64,000 nt of DNA from Deltaproteobacteria bacterium HGW-Deltaproteobacteria-4 (GCA_002841765.1 PHAV01000006.1:77975-141974), one strand, 5' to 3'; shown: positions 16,561 to 26,223, counted from the first letter of the stretch. Made by a program: numbers and translations. The notes: generated by a model not told the origin, from the letters alone.

Positions 16561-16707
16561 ATGCCCCTTTACGAAGTGACCTACGAAGAAGCCGGTGAAA
16601 TGAAGAGCGAAGTGATCGAAGCGCCGGGACCGGTAGAGGCGAGCAACCTCTTTCGTGAAGAGAATCGCGATCGCCAGGTCATCGTTATTTGCGTCGTTCG
16701 CCAGTAG
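16561..16707 (+). CDS. Small hypothetical protein (48 aa), below the ORF-track length cut-off
   Basis: ATG at 16561 lies 8 nt after AAGGAAG. Translates to MPLYEVTYEEAGEMKSEVIEAPGPVEASNLFREENRDRQVIVICVVRQ, stop 16705-16707. Composition resembles real coding sequence. No family recognised. Confidence 0.4.
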   Translation: MPLYEVTYEEAGEMKSEVIEAPGPVEASNLFREENRDRQVIVICVVRQ

Positions 16708-16712
16708 CGCCC

Positions 16713-19274
16713 CTATTTTTTCTCCGTCGCAAAGAAGTCCCGGATTGCGGCGGGGATCTCTCCCTGTGCCAGCACTTGCGTCTGCACCGGCAGTGAGCGC
16801 ATGAAGATGCGGCCGTAGCCTTTGCGTACCAGCCGGCTGTCGAGAATCAGCACCACCCCCCGATCTTCCCGGTGGCGAATCAGCCGCCCGAATCCCTGTT
16901 TAAATCTGATCACCGCCTGCGGCACCGTGTAGTTCATGAAAGGGTCCTTCCCCGCCGCGGCAATCGCCTCGGCTCTTGCTTCGAGGACCGGTTCGGTCGG
17001 CACCTTGAAGGGGAGGCGGGTGATGATCACCTGTTCGAGGGCACGCCCCGGCACATCAACCCCTTCCCAGAAAGAGTCGGTGGCAAAGAGGACGCTGGTC
17101 GGATCGTGGATAAAGGCGCGCAGCAGCCGGTGACGGGTGTCCTCCCCCTGGCGCAGGCAGCGGTAGCCGCGCGCCTCTAAGGTCGGGGCGAGTTCGCCGT
17201 GGATGCGCCGCAATAAGGTGTAGGAGGTGAAGAGGACCAGGGTGCGGCCGTCAGCGGCGACGATCGCCCGCTCGCAGAGATCGCGCAGCTGGTCGGCGTA
17301 AAGGGTGTTCCCCGGCTCAGGGAGGTCGGCGGGGACGGCGACCAGGGTCTGGCGGGCGTAGTCAAAGGGGGAATCGAGTTCAAGCTCAGCGCAGCGGCGC
17401 GGTTCGACGAGGGCTAGGCCGGTACGCTGAGCGAAGTAGGAAAAGGAGGTGGCGACGGTGAGGGTGGCGCTGGTCATCACCACCGTCTTGAAACGATCAA
17501 AGAGGGCGGCTTTGAGTCCGGCGGCGACATCGAGGGGGGCAGTACAGAGGCGGGTGACGATCCCCTTGCCGCGGCCGATGCGTCCCATGCCGATCTCGAA
17601 CCAGATGCAGCTCCCCTCCTGATCGGCGATAAAAGCATAAAGGTCGGAGGTGACGCCGGTGATACGCGCTTCGATGCCGAGAAGATCGGTAAGGACCGAG
17701 GAAATCTTCGGTGCCACCTCGTCGGGAATCTCCTTACAGGCCTTGAGGAGTTCGCGTAACTCCTTGACCAGCTGACCGCTCTGTTGCGCCAGTTGTTGCA
17801 CCGCATCTCTCGTCTCACTCCAGGCGAGCGAGTCGCTGAACGAGGGGATAACGCGCTGGCGGATCTCCTCCCGTTCTTCGATCTTCTTCCCCAGTGCCGC
17901 GGCGAGAAGTTCGCCGATCCGCTCCAGTTCGCTGGTCGCTTTCTCCGCCAACCCCTGGCGACTGACCAGCAACGCTTCGCAGCGCGCGTAGAGGTCGCGG
18001 TATAGAACGTCGCTGCTGTCGGGGAGTTCGCGGGCGATGGTGTCGAGAAAGCGGGGGATCAGCCCCTTTTCGGCTTTACGGGGATGGCGCAGGCGGCCCA
18101 GGACGCGGGCAAAGGCAAAGCGGGTGACCTGGGTGGAGAAGTAGCGGGTCGCCACATCTTCGAGGTGATGCGCTTCGTCGAGGATAACGCGGGCAAAGGG
18201 GGGGAGGACGGCAACCGCACCGTAGTTGTCAGTCTCCTGGCGCAGAGCGAGATCGGCCAAAAGGAGGGCGTGATTAACGACGAGGAGGTCGGCTTGCGCG
18301 GCCTGGCGCCGGGCTTTGTGAAAGAAACAGCGCGAATAGTGGGGGCAGCTGACGCGGCCGCACTGGTCAGCTTCACAGCAGATTTCTTCCCAAACCTCAT
18401 CCGGCGGCAGAAAGGTGAGTTCATCCTTGCCGCCGTCTTTGGTCGCTTTTGCCCACTCCAGCAAGGCGCCGAGATGGGCGACTTCTTCGCTGTCGAAGAG
18501 CCCCGGCTCGGTTTTGGCGGTCTCGGCGCGGCGCAGGCAGAGGTAGTTGTTGCGCCCCTTGACGAGGACGGCACGGAAGTCGAGGCCGCTGGCGCGCTGG
18601 AGGAAGGGGAGATCCTTACGGATCAGCTGCTCCTGCAGGTTGATGGTGTTGGTCGAGACCACGACCCGCTCTTCGTTCTGTTTCGCCCAGAGGAGAGCGG
18701 GGACGAGGTAGGCGAGACTCTTGCCGGTGCCGGTACCAGCTTCGATCACCGCCAGTTTGCCGTGGTTGAAGGCTTCGGCGACATGAAAGGCCATGCGCAG
18801 CTGTTCGGGGCGCTCTTCAAAGTCGGGGAGGGCATTCGCTACCGCACCGCCGGGGCCGAGAATCCCGGCAATTGCCGCCATCTCCAGGGCCACTTCGTTG
18901 CGGGGGGCAAAAGGTTCGACTACGCGGTAGATGCGGCTGACGGGATTGTCGATGATAAAGAAGCCGACGCCGAGGATGCCGAGCTGGCCGGCAATATTGA
19001 GATCAGCTTTGGAGGGGTGCAGCCGGCCGGAGGGATGATTATGAATGACGACGTCGCCATAACGGCAGCCCGAGAGGATTGCCGGCACCGCTTCTTTTGA
19101 GCCGCGTGCCAACACTTCGACAGTATTGACGATCAGTTCCGCCGAGGTGCGGCCGAGAAAAAAGACCTCATTGCCGCCGGCTTCACGGATCGCTGTGGCG
19201 AGGGAAGCCGCGACGGCGGGGGTTAGGGAGGCGGTCAGGGGCGGAGTCGTTGCTGTGGTGTCGGGCATCGTCAA
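16713..19274 (-). CDS. RadC/JAB-domain - DinG/XPD-family Fe-S DNA helicase fusion protein
   Basis: N-terminus ...GNEVFFLG...VVIHNHPSGRLHPSKADL (JAMM/RadC motif). Then Walker A EAGTGTGKS, DEAH box ILDEAHHLED and a Cys cluster CCEADQCGRVSCPHYSRC typical of the DinG/XPD Fe-S domain. 853 aa. Confidence 0.8.
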   Translation of the reverse strand: MTMPDTTATTPPLTASLTPAVAASLATAIREAGGNEVFFLGRTSAELIVNTVEVLARGSKEAVPAILSGCRYGDVVIHNHPSGRLHPSKADLNIAGQLGILGVGFFIIDNPVSRIYRVVEPFAPRNEVALEMAAIAGILGPGGAVANALPDFEERPEQLRMAFHVAEAFNHGKLAVIEAGTGTGKSLAYLVPALLWAKQNEERVVVSTNTINLQEQLIRKDLPFLQRASGLDFRAVLVKGRNNYLCLRRAETAKTEPGLFDSEEVAHLGALLEWAKATKDGGKDELTFLPPDEVWEEICCEADQCGRVSCPHYSRCFFHKARRQAAQADLLVVNHALLLADLALRQETDNYGAVAVLPPFARVILDEAHHLEDVATRYFSTQVTRFAFARVLGRLRHPRKAEKGLIPRFLDTIARELPDSSDVLYRDLYARCEALLVSRQGLAEKATSELERIGELLAAALGKKIEEREEIRQRVIPSFSDSLAWSETRDAVQQLAQQSGQLVKELRELLKACKEIPDEVAPKISSVLTDLLGIEARITGVTSDLYAFIADQEGSCIWFEIGMGRIGRGKGIVTRLCTAPLDVAAGLKAALFDRFKTVVMTSATLTVATSFSYFAQRTGLALVEPRRCAELELDSPFDYARQTLVAVPADLPEPGNTLYADQLRDLCERAIVAADGRTLVLFTSYTLLRRIHGELAPTLEARGYRCLRQGEDTRHRLLRAFIHDPTSVLFATDSFWEGVDVPGRALEQVIITRLPFKVPTEPVLEARAEAIAAAGKDPFMNYTVPQAVIRFKQGFGRLIRHREDRGVVLILDSRLVRKGYGRIFMRSLPVQTQVLAQGEIPAAIRDFFATEKK

Positions 19275-19418
19275 CCTGGGGGGAAATGGTCTTTTTTTGC
19301 GGGAGAAATCGGGAATAAACGCCGGGACTATAGCACTCTGTTCGGCAAGTCACAAGGCGCGTGGTTGTCCGCTGCCCGAGGCCAGGAACCGACTTTCTCC
19401 TCATGACGAAAAAGATGG

Positions 19419-19447
19419 TTACATTTACCGCCTTCCATCGCTATAAT
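19419..19447 (+). promoter_or_regulatory. Putative sigma70 promoter of the DUF4212-SSS operon
   Basis: TTACAT - 17 nt - TATAAT, 35 nt upstream of the ATG at 19482. Confidence 0.45.
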
Positions 19448-19481
19448 TGGTAGAATTTATTTGAAATGCGTAAAGGAGACG

Positions 19482-19826
19482 ATGCCCGTGAGCAGTCCCG
19501 AATTCGACCGTCCCCCCAGTCAGCAGGATTACCGGGTCAACTTCTTTCGTCCGCAGGCCGGCTTTATGCGCCGCGAGGTCATCTATATCTGGATTGCCCT
19601 GATTGCCTGGGCGCTGTTAACCTTCGGCTTTCAATTTCTGATCTATTCCGGCCAGACCGACGCCAGCGGCAGTGGCCCCTTGACCAGTCGCACCATCTTC
19701 TCTTTTCCCTTCGAATACTGGTTTACCGGGCAGTTTCTCATCATCTGGTTTATCCTGATCTGCTTCCTCTTTAATCTCATGGTCGACCGCCTCACTGAGC
19801 GCTACCGGCAACGGAGGCAGCAGTGA
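19482..19826 (+). CDS. DUF4212-type small membrane subunit of a solute:sodium symporter
   Basis: Start set at ATG (MPVSSPEF) behind AAAGGAG. Two TM segments. The stop overlaps the symporter start (TGATG). Paralog of 43664..43918. Confidence 0.7.
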   Translation: MPVSSPEFDRPPSQQDYRVNFFRPQAGFMRREVIYIWIALIAWALLTFGFQFLIYSGQTDASGSGPLTSRTIFSFPFEYWFTGQFLIIWFILICFLFNLMVDRLTERYRQRRQQ

Positions 19827-21346
19827 TGGAAAATGAATTCAAGCTTGTCCCCCTGTTGATTCTAACCCTCTTTCTCGTTGTCTCCTTTATCATCGGGGTC
19901 GCCAGTCGTACCCGCAAAGGAGAGTACTATCCGGTCTCCGCCCATGCTGTCGGACGCATCGGCATCGGGGCGGCGATTGCCTCCAACTGGATGAGCGCCG
20001 CCTCCTTCCTCGGCATCGCCGGAATCTTCTATCTCAAGGGCTATTTTGCTCTCGCTTATGTTATCGGCTGGACCGGCGGTTACGTCCTTCTCCTGGTCCT
20101 CCTTGCCGGCCAGATCCGCCGCTTCGGCAAGTACAGTGCCCCGGAATTCGTCGAAGCGCGCTATGATTCCCCGGTCGCCCGTTTTATCTCAGCGGTAATC
20201 ACCATTATCATTTCGTTGATCTACTGCGTCGCCCAATATAAAGGGATCGGCTTGATCTTCGCCTGGATCTTCGGCATCGATTACACTGGTGCACTCCTCC
20301 TTGGCGTCGGTGTTATCTTTGCCTATCTCGCTATCTCCGGCTCCCTCGGCGCCACCCGCAACCAGCAGCTTCATTATGCCGTCCTCCTCCTGACCTTTCT
20401 GGTTCCGCTCATGGCTCTCTCCGCCAAGCTCGGCTACGGACGCTGGCTGCCGCAGATCGGCTACGGTGCTGCCCTGAGCGAAGTCAATTATCTCAGCGGC
20501 GCAGAGATGGCCGCCCCCTGGGCAGCAGCGACGCCCTACGAGTGGATCGCGCTCTGTTTTACTCTCATGGTCGGGACCGCCGGTCTCCCCCATGTCCTGT
20601 CGCGTTTTTACACCCTGCCGAATATCCGCGTCGCCCGCTGGAGTGTGGTCTGGGGGATCTTCTTTATCGGCCTTCTGTACTGGAGTGCCCCGGCCTTTGC
20701 CACCTTTGCCAAACTTTTGCAGCTGCGCGGCGAGATGCCGATCGACGCCGTGGCCGCGCAGCAGATTGCCGATGTCATCGTCATCAAAGCGGCCGAGTGG
20801 GGCGGGCTTTCGCCCTGGCTGGTCGGCATGCTCGCGGTCGGCGGGATTATGGCCGCCTTCGGCACCATTACCAGCATGCTGATCGGCGGCGCCGGCGCCT
20901 TCTCTCACGATATCTATTATCGCATCCTCAATCCTGAAGCGAGCGAGCGGCAGCGGATGAAGGTGGCGAAAGGGGCGACGCTGGTTCTGGCAATCCTGGT
21001 TGTTCTCGCTGCGGTGAATCCGCCCGGACTGATTGCCGAAATTACCGCCGTCGCCTTTGCGCTGGCCGGGAATACCCTTTTTCCGGTCTTCCTCCTCGGC
21101 ATCTGGTGGGATCGCACCAATAAATACGGCGCCATCGCCGGCATGACTCTCGGCATCGTTATTACCTTTGCTTCTCTGTCCCTCGGCAGCGTCTTCCCGA
21201 TCTTGCACCACTTGCTGCCGCCGACCTCATCGGCGCTGATCGGCGCACCGCTGGTGATTATGGTGATGATTATCGTCTCCTTGCTGACGCCGCCGCCGCC
21301 GGATGCGATCCGTCGCCACCTTGTCGAAAAGGTTCACAGCCCCTGA
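19826..21346 (+). CDS. Sodium:solute symporter family (SSS) transporter
   Basis: Polytopic. GTAGLPHVLSRFYTLP block is shared with the other two SSS proteins in the window and with ActP-type permeases. GGAGG lies 8 nt upstream. Confidence 0.8.
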   Translation: MENEFKLVPLLILTLFLVVSFIIGVASRTRKGEYYPVSAHAVGRIGIGAAIASNWMSAASFLGIAGIFYLKGYFALAYVIGWTGGYVLLLVLLAGQIRRFGKYSAPEFVEARYDSPVARFISAVITIIISLIYCVAQYKGIGLIFAWIFGIDYTGALLLGVGVIFAYLAISGSLGATRNQQLHYAVLLLTFLVPLMALSAKLGYGRWLPQIGYGAALSEVNYLSGAEMAAPWAAATPYEWIALCFTLMVGTAGLPHVLSRFYTLPNIRVARWSVVWGIFFIGLLYWSAPAFATFAKLLQLRGEMPIDAVAAQQIADVIVIKAAEWGGLSPWLVGMLAVGGIMAAFGTITSMLIGGAGAFSHDIYYRILNPEASERQRMKVAKGATLVLAILVVLAAVNPPGLIAEITAVAFALAGNTLFPVFLLGIWWDRTNKYGAIAGMTLGIVITFASLSLGSVFPILHHLLPPTSSALIGAPLVIMVMIIVSLLTPPPPDAIRRHLVEKVHSP

Positions 21347-21386
21347 AAACGATCTTGCGCTCCTTTCCTACAGAGAGCCGAACTTT

Positions 21387-22175
21387 ATGAAACTCCTCCT
21401 TTCGACGGGTAGTCTTTATACTCTGCCGATGAGCCAGGCCTGTGAAATTGCCCGCGATACCGGTTTTGACGGGGTAGAGGTCATTGTCGGCATGGAGTTT
21501 CAGCACGGCAACCCCGTCACCAAGATCCGCGAACTGCAGAAGATTATCCCGATCTATTCGCTGCATGCCCCCTTTTTCGATCTCGACGGTTGGGGGGACA
21601 AGCCGGAACAGTTGCGACTTACCGTCCGCCTCGCCATCGAGACCGGCATCCCGTTGGTTAACTTTCACCCCCCTTCCTGGATGGCGATGGAGTTTGGTTT
21701 CTGGCGCTGGTTCAATTCGATCAAGGATTATCAGCAGGAACTCGGGCAGGGGCAAGTGATATTGACGGTCGAGAATATGCCCTCCACCGGGGCCTTCAAG
21801 GTGAATCCCTATCTTCTCGCCCGGACCGAGCGGTTGATCGATTTCATGCGGCAGCACAACCTTTATCAGACCTTCGATACTACCCATATGGGCTCGGGGA
21901 AGACCAATTTTCTCAGCGATTTCCATCAATGTTACGACAGCGGCCGCATGCGGAATATTCACTTCTCTGACTATGGCAACGATCGCGAACATCTCCTTCC
22001 CGGTCGCGGCGTTCTACCCCTGACCCGTTTCTTGAATCATCTGCGCGAGACCGCCTACAACGAAACCGTCACCCTCGAACTCGCCCCTTCCGAATTTCCC
22101 AAGGATGAAGAAGGGATTCGCCGCGGCATGGCCGAGGTCTTTGCTTATCTGCAGAAAGAGACGGGACGGCGTTAA
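21387..22175 (+). CDS. Sugar-phosphate isomerase/epimerase (xylose-isomerase-like TIM barrel) family protein
   Basis: MKLLLSTGSLY...GFDGVEV... pattern of the AP-endonuclease-2/xylose-isomerase-like fold. Start moved to MKLLLS. Confidence 0.6.
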   Translation: MKLLLSTGSLYTLPMSQACEIARDTGFDGVEVIVGMEFQHGNPVTKIRELQKIIPIYSLHAPFFDLDGWGDKPEQLRLTVRLAIETGIPLVNFHPPSWMAMEFGFWRWFNSIKDYQQELGQGQVILTVENMPSTGAFKVNPYLLARTERLIDFMRQHNLYQTFDTTHMGSGKTNFLSDFHQCYDSGRMRNIHFSDYGNDREHLLPGRGVLPLTRFLNHLRETAYNETVTLELAPSEFPKDEEGIRRGMAEVFAYLQKETGRR

Positions 22176-23413
22176 ATTTTCTGTCTTTCCCCTTCCCGCC
22201 GCATCCTGCGCAACCACTCCACTCTCTTTTGTAAAATCAAAGATCCCTTCTCCACCGGCGTCAGTCGTTCGAGTTGCTCAGCGTCAATGTCGAGTTGTGC
22301 GCTCGACAGCCGGGCCGCCGCCAAAGCAAAGTGCCAATCCGGCATCCCCGGCCCTTCCGGCCAGTCGGCGGCGGTCAGTTGCGGCAGGATTTCGCTGATT
22401 CCCCCCTTGATCGCCCCTTCGGCGATGCGGATTCGGGTACTGTCACGGGTCTCCTGCCAGCGGTTCGCCGGCCCGTGCAGGCGGCTCGACCAGGCCAATG
22501 CGGTGCGCCAGGTCGCTGGGAGGGCGAGGCGGTTGCAGAAAGCCGGTGCCATGGTGAAGCCGGCATCATCGTGGCCGTGGTGTTTGGGGTAAAGGGCCGG
22601 GTCGGTGGCAAGCTTGCCAAGATCATGGAAAAAGGCACAGAAGCGTGCCCGCGGCTCTGCGCTTTGTGCCACCATATTGGCGAGGACTTCGCAGTTGTGG
22701 GTAAAGAGGTCCCCTTCCGGATGATGCTCCAGGGGGCCGGCGGGGATCTGCGGCATGCGGAAGAGCTCCGGCAGCAGATCGCGGCCGACATTGAATTGCA
22801 GCATCAGGACAAAGAAGCTGCCAGGATCCGGCTGCGCGAAGGCCTTGCTCATCTCGGCGGAGAAGCGTTCGATCGGCAGCAGCTGCAACCGCTCATGCCA
22901 ATCTGCGCTCTCGATGAGTTCCGTCGTCTGCGGGGCCAGACTCCAGCCATCGGCGGCAAAGCGGAAAGCCCGGAAAAGGCGGGTCGGATCAGCGCTGAAA
23001 GTGCCGGCGGAACAGGGACGCAACTGTCGGAGATTGAGATCATTCACCCCCCCCAGCGGGTCATATAGCTTCCCCTCCAGATCGAGAGCGAGGGCGTTGA
23101 CAGTAAAGTCGCGGCGGCGCAGGTCGTCCGCCAGTTCGGCAACACCGCCGATGCAGGTCGCCTCGACCTTGCCGAGAGCCGCCGAGTGATAAAGGTGGAT
23201 CGGTGGCGCATCTTTCGGCTTTACCTCCCGGAAACGGCGGCTCGTCAACTCCTGCTCCGGCAGGGCAACAACGAGATCGAGATCAACGCTCTCCCTGCCG
23301 AGGAGAAGATCGCGTACCGCGCCGCCGACAAGGAAGATCCGGTTATAAAGTTCCGGCGGGAAGAGGGGACGTAGCTGCTCCAAGGCAGCGCAGTTGTCGA
23401 GATCTGTGTGCAT
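22172..23413 (-). CDS. cca: CCA-adding enzyme / poly(A) polymerase-family nucleotidyltransferase with HD domain
   Basis: LVGGAVRDLLLGRESVDLDLVV, RRRDFTVNALA, HHPEGDLFTHN and FFHDLGK blocks. The start overlaps the upstream activator stop (TGATG). Confidence 0.7.
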   Translation of the reverse strand: MHTDLDNCAALEQLRPLFPPELYNRIFLVGGAVRDLLLGRESVDLDLVVALPEQELTSRRFREVKPKDAPPIHLYHSAALGKVEATCIGGVAELADDLRRRDFTVNALALDLEGKLYDPLGGVNDLNLRQLRPCSAGTFSADPTRLFRAFRFAADGWSLAPQTTELIESADWHERLQLLPIERFSAEMSKAFAQPDPGSFFVLMLQFNVGRDLLPELFRMPQIPAGPLEHHPEGDLFTHNCEVLANMVAQSAEPRARFCAFFHDLGKLATDPALYPKHHGHDDAGFTMAPAFCNRLALPATWRTALAWSSRLHGPANRWQETRDSTRIRIAEGAIKGGISEILPQLTAADWPEGPGMPDWHFALAAARLSSAQLDIDAEQLERLTPVEKGSLILQKRVEWLRRMRREGERQKI

Positions 23414-26223
23414 CAGGCGATCCGCACGGTCTTGTATAGGAAATTCTTGTAACGGAAGAAGGTCTTTTTCTCCTCGGCGGCTTCGCTGCGCGGGTCGCAG
23501 GCCCGCAACAGTTCGGCGCTCTTGGGCATGGTGTCGGCGCCAGCGGCGCGGGCGAGTTCGATGATCTCAAGGACGATATCTCGGGTGATGCGATTCGCCG
23601 AATAGGGTTCGTAGATGCCGCTCCAGAAGTCGCTCTGCCCTTCGATGATGCACTGGTAGATCTCGCGGGCGACGTCGCTGGTCAGGCTCTTGCGGTTGTT
23701 TTGCGGTTGCGGCGGATCGAGGGCAGTGAGGATGGCGCGGATATCGTCTTCACTGACGCTGCGTCCTTTGCGGAAAAAGAGGGCACGCAACAGGATGCTG
23801 CGCAGTTCGCGGATGTTGCCGGTGTAGTGGTGCGCCGCCAGCAGGGCCTGGGCGCCGCGGTTCAGGGTCGGACCGTCTTCGTCGCGCTCTTCCGGTTTTT
23901 TGTAGACGCGATAGAGTTTACCGAGGAAGTGGACAGCGAGATCGGGGATGTCTTCGCGCCGGTCATTCAAGGACGGCACCTGGATGGTCAGTTCGTTGAG
24001 GCGGTGGTAAAGGTCTTCGCGAAAATGGCCGGACTGGATCAGCGCCTTGAGGTCGCGATTGGTGGCGGCGATGAGGAGGACGCGGGCATAACGGGTGGCA
24101 TTCTCGCCGAGGCGGACAAAACCGCCATTATCAAGGAAGCGCAGCAGCTGCACCTGGGTCTTGGGGTCGGCATCGCCGATTTCATCGAGGAAGACCACCC
24201 CGCCATGCGCTTCTTCAAGAATCCCCTTGCGGTCGGTATGCGCCCCGGTGTAGGCGCCGCGTTTGTGGCCAAAGAGTTCCGAATAGGTGATCTCGCCGCT
24301 GTAGGCAGCGATGTTGGTCTTCTTCACCGGCAGTTCGCCGCGCGGGTTGATCCGCTCCTGATAGATGGCGTTGAGGCGCGAAAAGATATTGTTGAAGAGA
24401 AACTCCTTGCCGCTGCCGGTGTCGCCGGTGATCAGGATCGAGGGGAGGCCGAGGGTCGCTTCCTGCAATCCACTTTGTTGCCAGGTGGCGATGCGGTTGA
24501 AGAGGGGGGGGGTAATGGTCTGGATGAAGTTGACGACCTCGTTCGCCTTGGCCGATTTGCCGATGATATTGCCGAGGATATAGGACGAAATCTTCGGGTC
24601 TTTGTAGCCGACGTCCTTTTGCAGGCGGTTGACTTCGGTGGTCAGCTGCTCAATGCGCTGCAGATCGGAGAGGTGACGCGAGATCATCCGTTCGATGATC
24701 ATCAGGATGCGGCGGTGCTCGTCAGTAAAGTAGTGGGGGCGCAGACTGTCGAGGCAAATAACAGCAATGACTTCATCGTCGCAGATCACCGGCACGGCGA
24801 TCTCGCTTCGGATCGCCTCTGTAATCTCGCGATAAAAGCCGTCGCTGCGTTTCTCTTCCTGCGTATCGTTGATCAGGTGGGGCCGGCCGGTGAAAGCGAC
24901 GTAGCCGGTCATGCTCCGCTCTGCCGGCGGGAGATTGAGCCCGCCGACCCGATTCGGGGGGATATTGCGCTTCAGCCAAGACTTGCTCTTGGCGCCTAGC
25001 AGGGTGCCGTCCACTTCTTCGACGACCAGCCAACGCTCCCCACCTTCTTCTCGCACCAGGGCGATACTGCCGGTATCGGCGTTGATCAGTTCTGTCGCTT
25101 TGGAGAGAACGCGGGTAAGGAAGGGGGCAAGGCTATCGTATTTCTCCTTGAGGAGATCATTGATTTCAGCGAGGACCTTGATCTCGATATGTTCATCGCC
25201 GATCTCTTGTATAACCCGTTGTGCCATCTCGGCATGGGCTTCAAGGAGGCCCTTTTCAAAGTCGGTGAGGAGGTGGGCTTCGCGCATGTAGTAGTTGACC
25301 AGGCAGATGACCTTGCGGGTTCGCGGCTCATAACGCGGCACCACATAAAGGGACTTGAGACCGAGTTCTTCAACGAGATAGCGCTTTTGCAGTGACTCCG
25401 AGGGGAGATCGTCGAAGTACAGGGGGTGAAGGAGGGTGTCGTCGGTAATGATCCCCTGCCGGTTGATATAGCGGGATAGGAGAGATTTTCCCGGTCCGAG
25501 GCTGATCAGGCGCTCATCCTCGTAAAGGAGGGCCGCTTCCCGCTCTTTCGAGTAAGAGGCGACGATCTGCAAGCTCTCCTGTTTCTCCCCGGTGGAAGGG
25601 ATGAGAACTGAAGCCAGTGTCAATTTGTCGATCAGTCGGACCGCCGACTTCACCATGATCAGCGCCGCTTCTTTCTTCTTGGCCTGATCGACGCGTCGTG
25701 CCAGGACAAGCTGCTGATGGTATTTACGCGCCTGATCGATGATCGGGGCAACATCGGTCAAAAAGTTCTCAAGGAGATTCAGGGACGGCTCGGCTGGAAG
25801 CTGCCCGGGATGGCTGCTGTCGAGACAGAGGACACCGATACCACGTTCCAGATGGATCAAGGGGAGGAGCAGAGTGGCGCGAATCTCAAATCGTCGGGCA
25901 AATTCCGGTCCGCCATCCGGGAGCATTGCGAAATCGTCGATTCGGTTGCCGGTGCGGGTCAGGTAGGCGTGGGCCTCAAGGTCGTCGGCGTTGGTCAAGG
26001 GAAAGGTCGTCGCGCGCAGAGCCGCTGCGTGGGGGCCAGTCGCTGCCGCACAGGCAAGGACACCGTCGGTCAGATCTTCAAGATAAAGACGGCAGCGCCC
26101 CTGACGGTTGATCAGGGCAATTGCTTCCAGAAGTGCATGGAGAATGTCATCAAGATTCTCCTTGGAGTAGGAATTAATTTTGAGGCGCAACTGATCGAGT
26201 CGGATAGAGGTGTTGATCGGCAT
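23413..26223 (-). CDS. Sigma54-dependent transcriptional activator with three N-terminal GAF-like domains
   Basis: AAA+ core: ILITGDTGSGKE (Walker A), GAYTGA (variant of GAFTGA), VFLDEIGD (Walker B). About 560 aa of upstream sensory region with three GAF-like repeats, two ending ...CLDS. Confidence 0.8.
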   Translation of the reverse strand: MPINTSIRLDQLRLKINSYSKENLDDILHALLEAIALINRQGRCRLYLEDLTDGVLACAAATGPHAAALRATTFPLTNADDLEAHAYLTRTGNRIDDFAMLPDGGPEFARRFEIRATLLLPLIHLERGIGVLCLDSSHPGQLPAEPSLNLLENFLTDVAPIIDQARKYHQQLVLARRVDQAKKKEAALIMVKSAVRLIDKLTLASVLIPSTGEKQESLQIVASYSKEREAALLYEDERLISLGPGKSLLSRYINRQGIITDDTLLHPLYFDDLPSESLQKRYLVEELGLKSLYVVPRYEPRTRKVICLVNYYMREAHLLTDFEKGLLEAHAEMAQRVIQEIGDEHIEIKVLAEINDLLKEKYDSLAPFLTRVLSKATELINADTGSIALVREEGGERWLVVEEVDGTLLGAKSKSWLKRNIPPNRVGGLNLPPAERSMTGYVAFTGRPHLINDTQEEKRSDGFYREITEAIRSEIAVPVICDDEVIAVICLDSLRPHYFTDEHRRILMIIERMISRHLSDLQRIEQLTTEVNRLQKDVGYKDPKISSYILGNIIGKSAKANEVVNFIQTITPPLFNRIATWQQSGLQEATLGLPSILITGDTGSGKEFLFNNIFSRLNAIYQERINPRGELPVKKTNIAAYSGEITYSELFGHKRGAYTGAHTDRKGILEEAHGGVVFLDEIGDADPKTQVQLLRFLDNGGFVRLGENATRYARVLLIAATNRDLKALIQSGHFREDLYHRLNELTIQVPSLNDRREDIPDLAVHFLGKLYRVYKKPEERDEDGPTLNRGAQALLAAHHYTGNIRELRSILLRALFFRKGRSVSEDDIRAILTALDPPQPQNNRKSLTSDVAREIYQCIIEGQSDFWSGIYEPYSANRITRDIVLEIIELARAAGADTMPKSAELLRACDPRSEAAEEKKTFFRYKNFLYKTVRIA

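Noticed and set aside
20189-21211. 340-aa minus-strand ORF inside the first SSS transporter gene
   Set aside because: Antisense shadow with charged, low-complexity composition. The plus-strand product is a coherent polytopic transporter.
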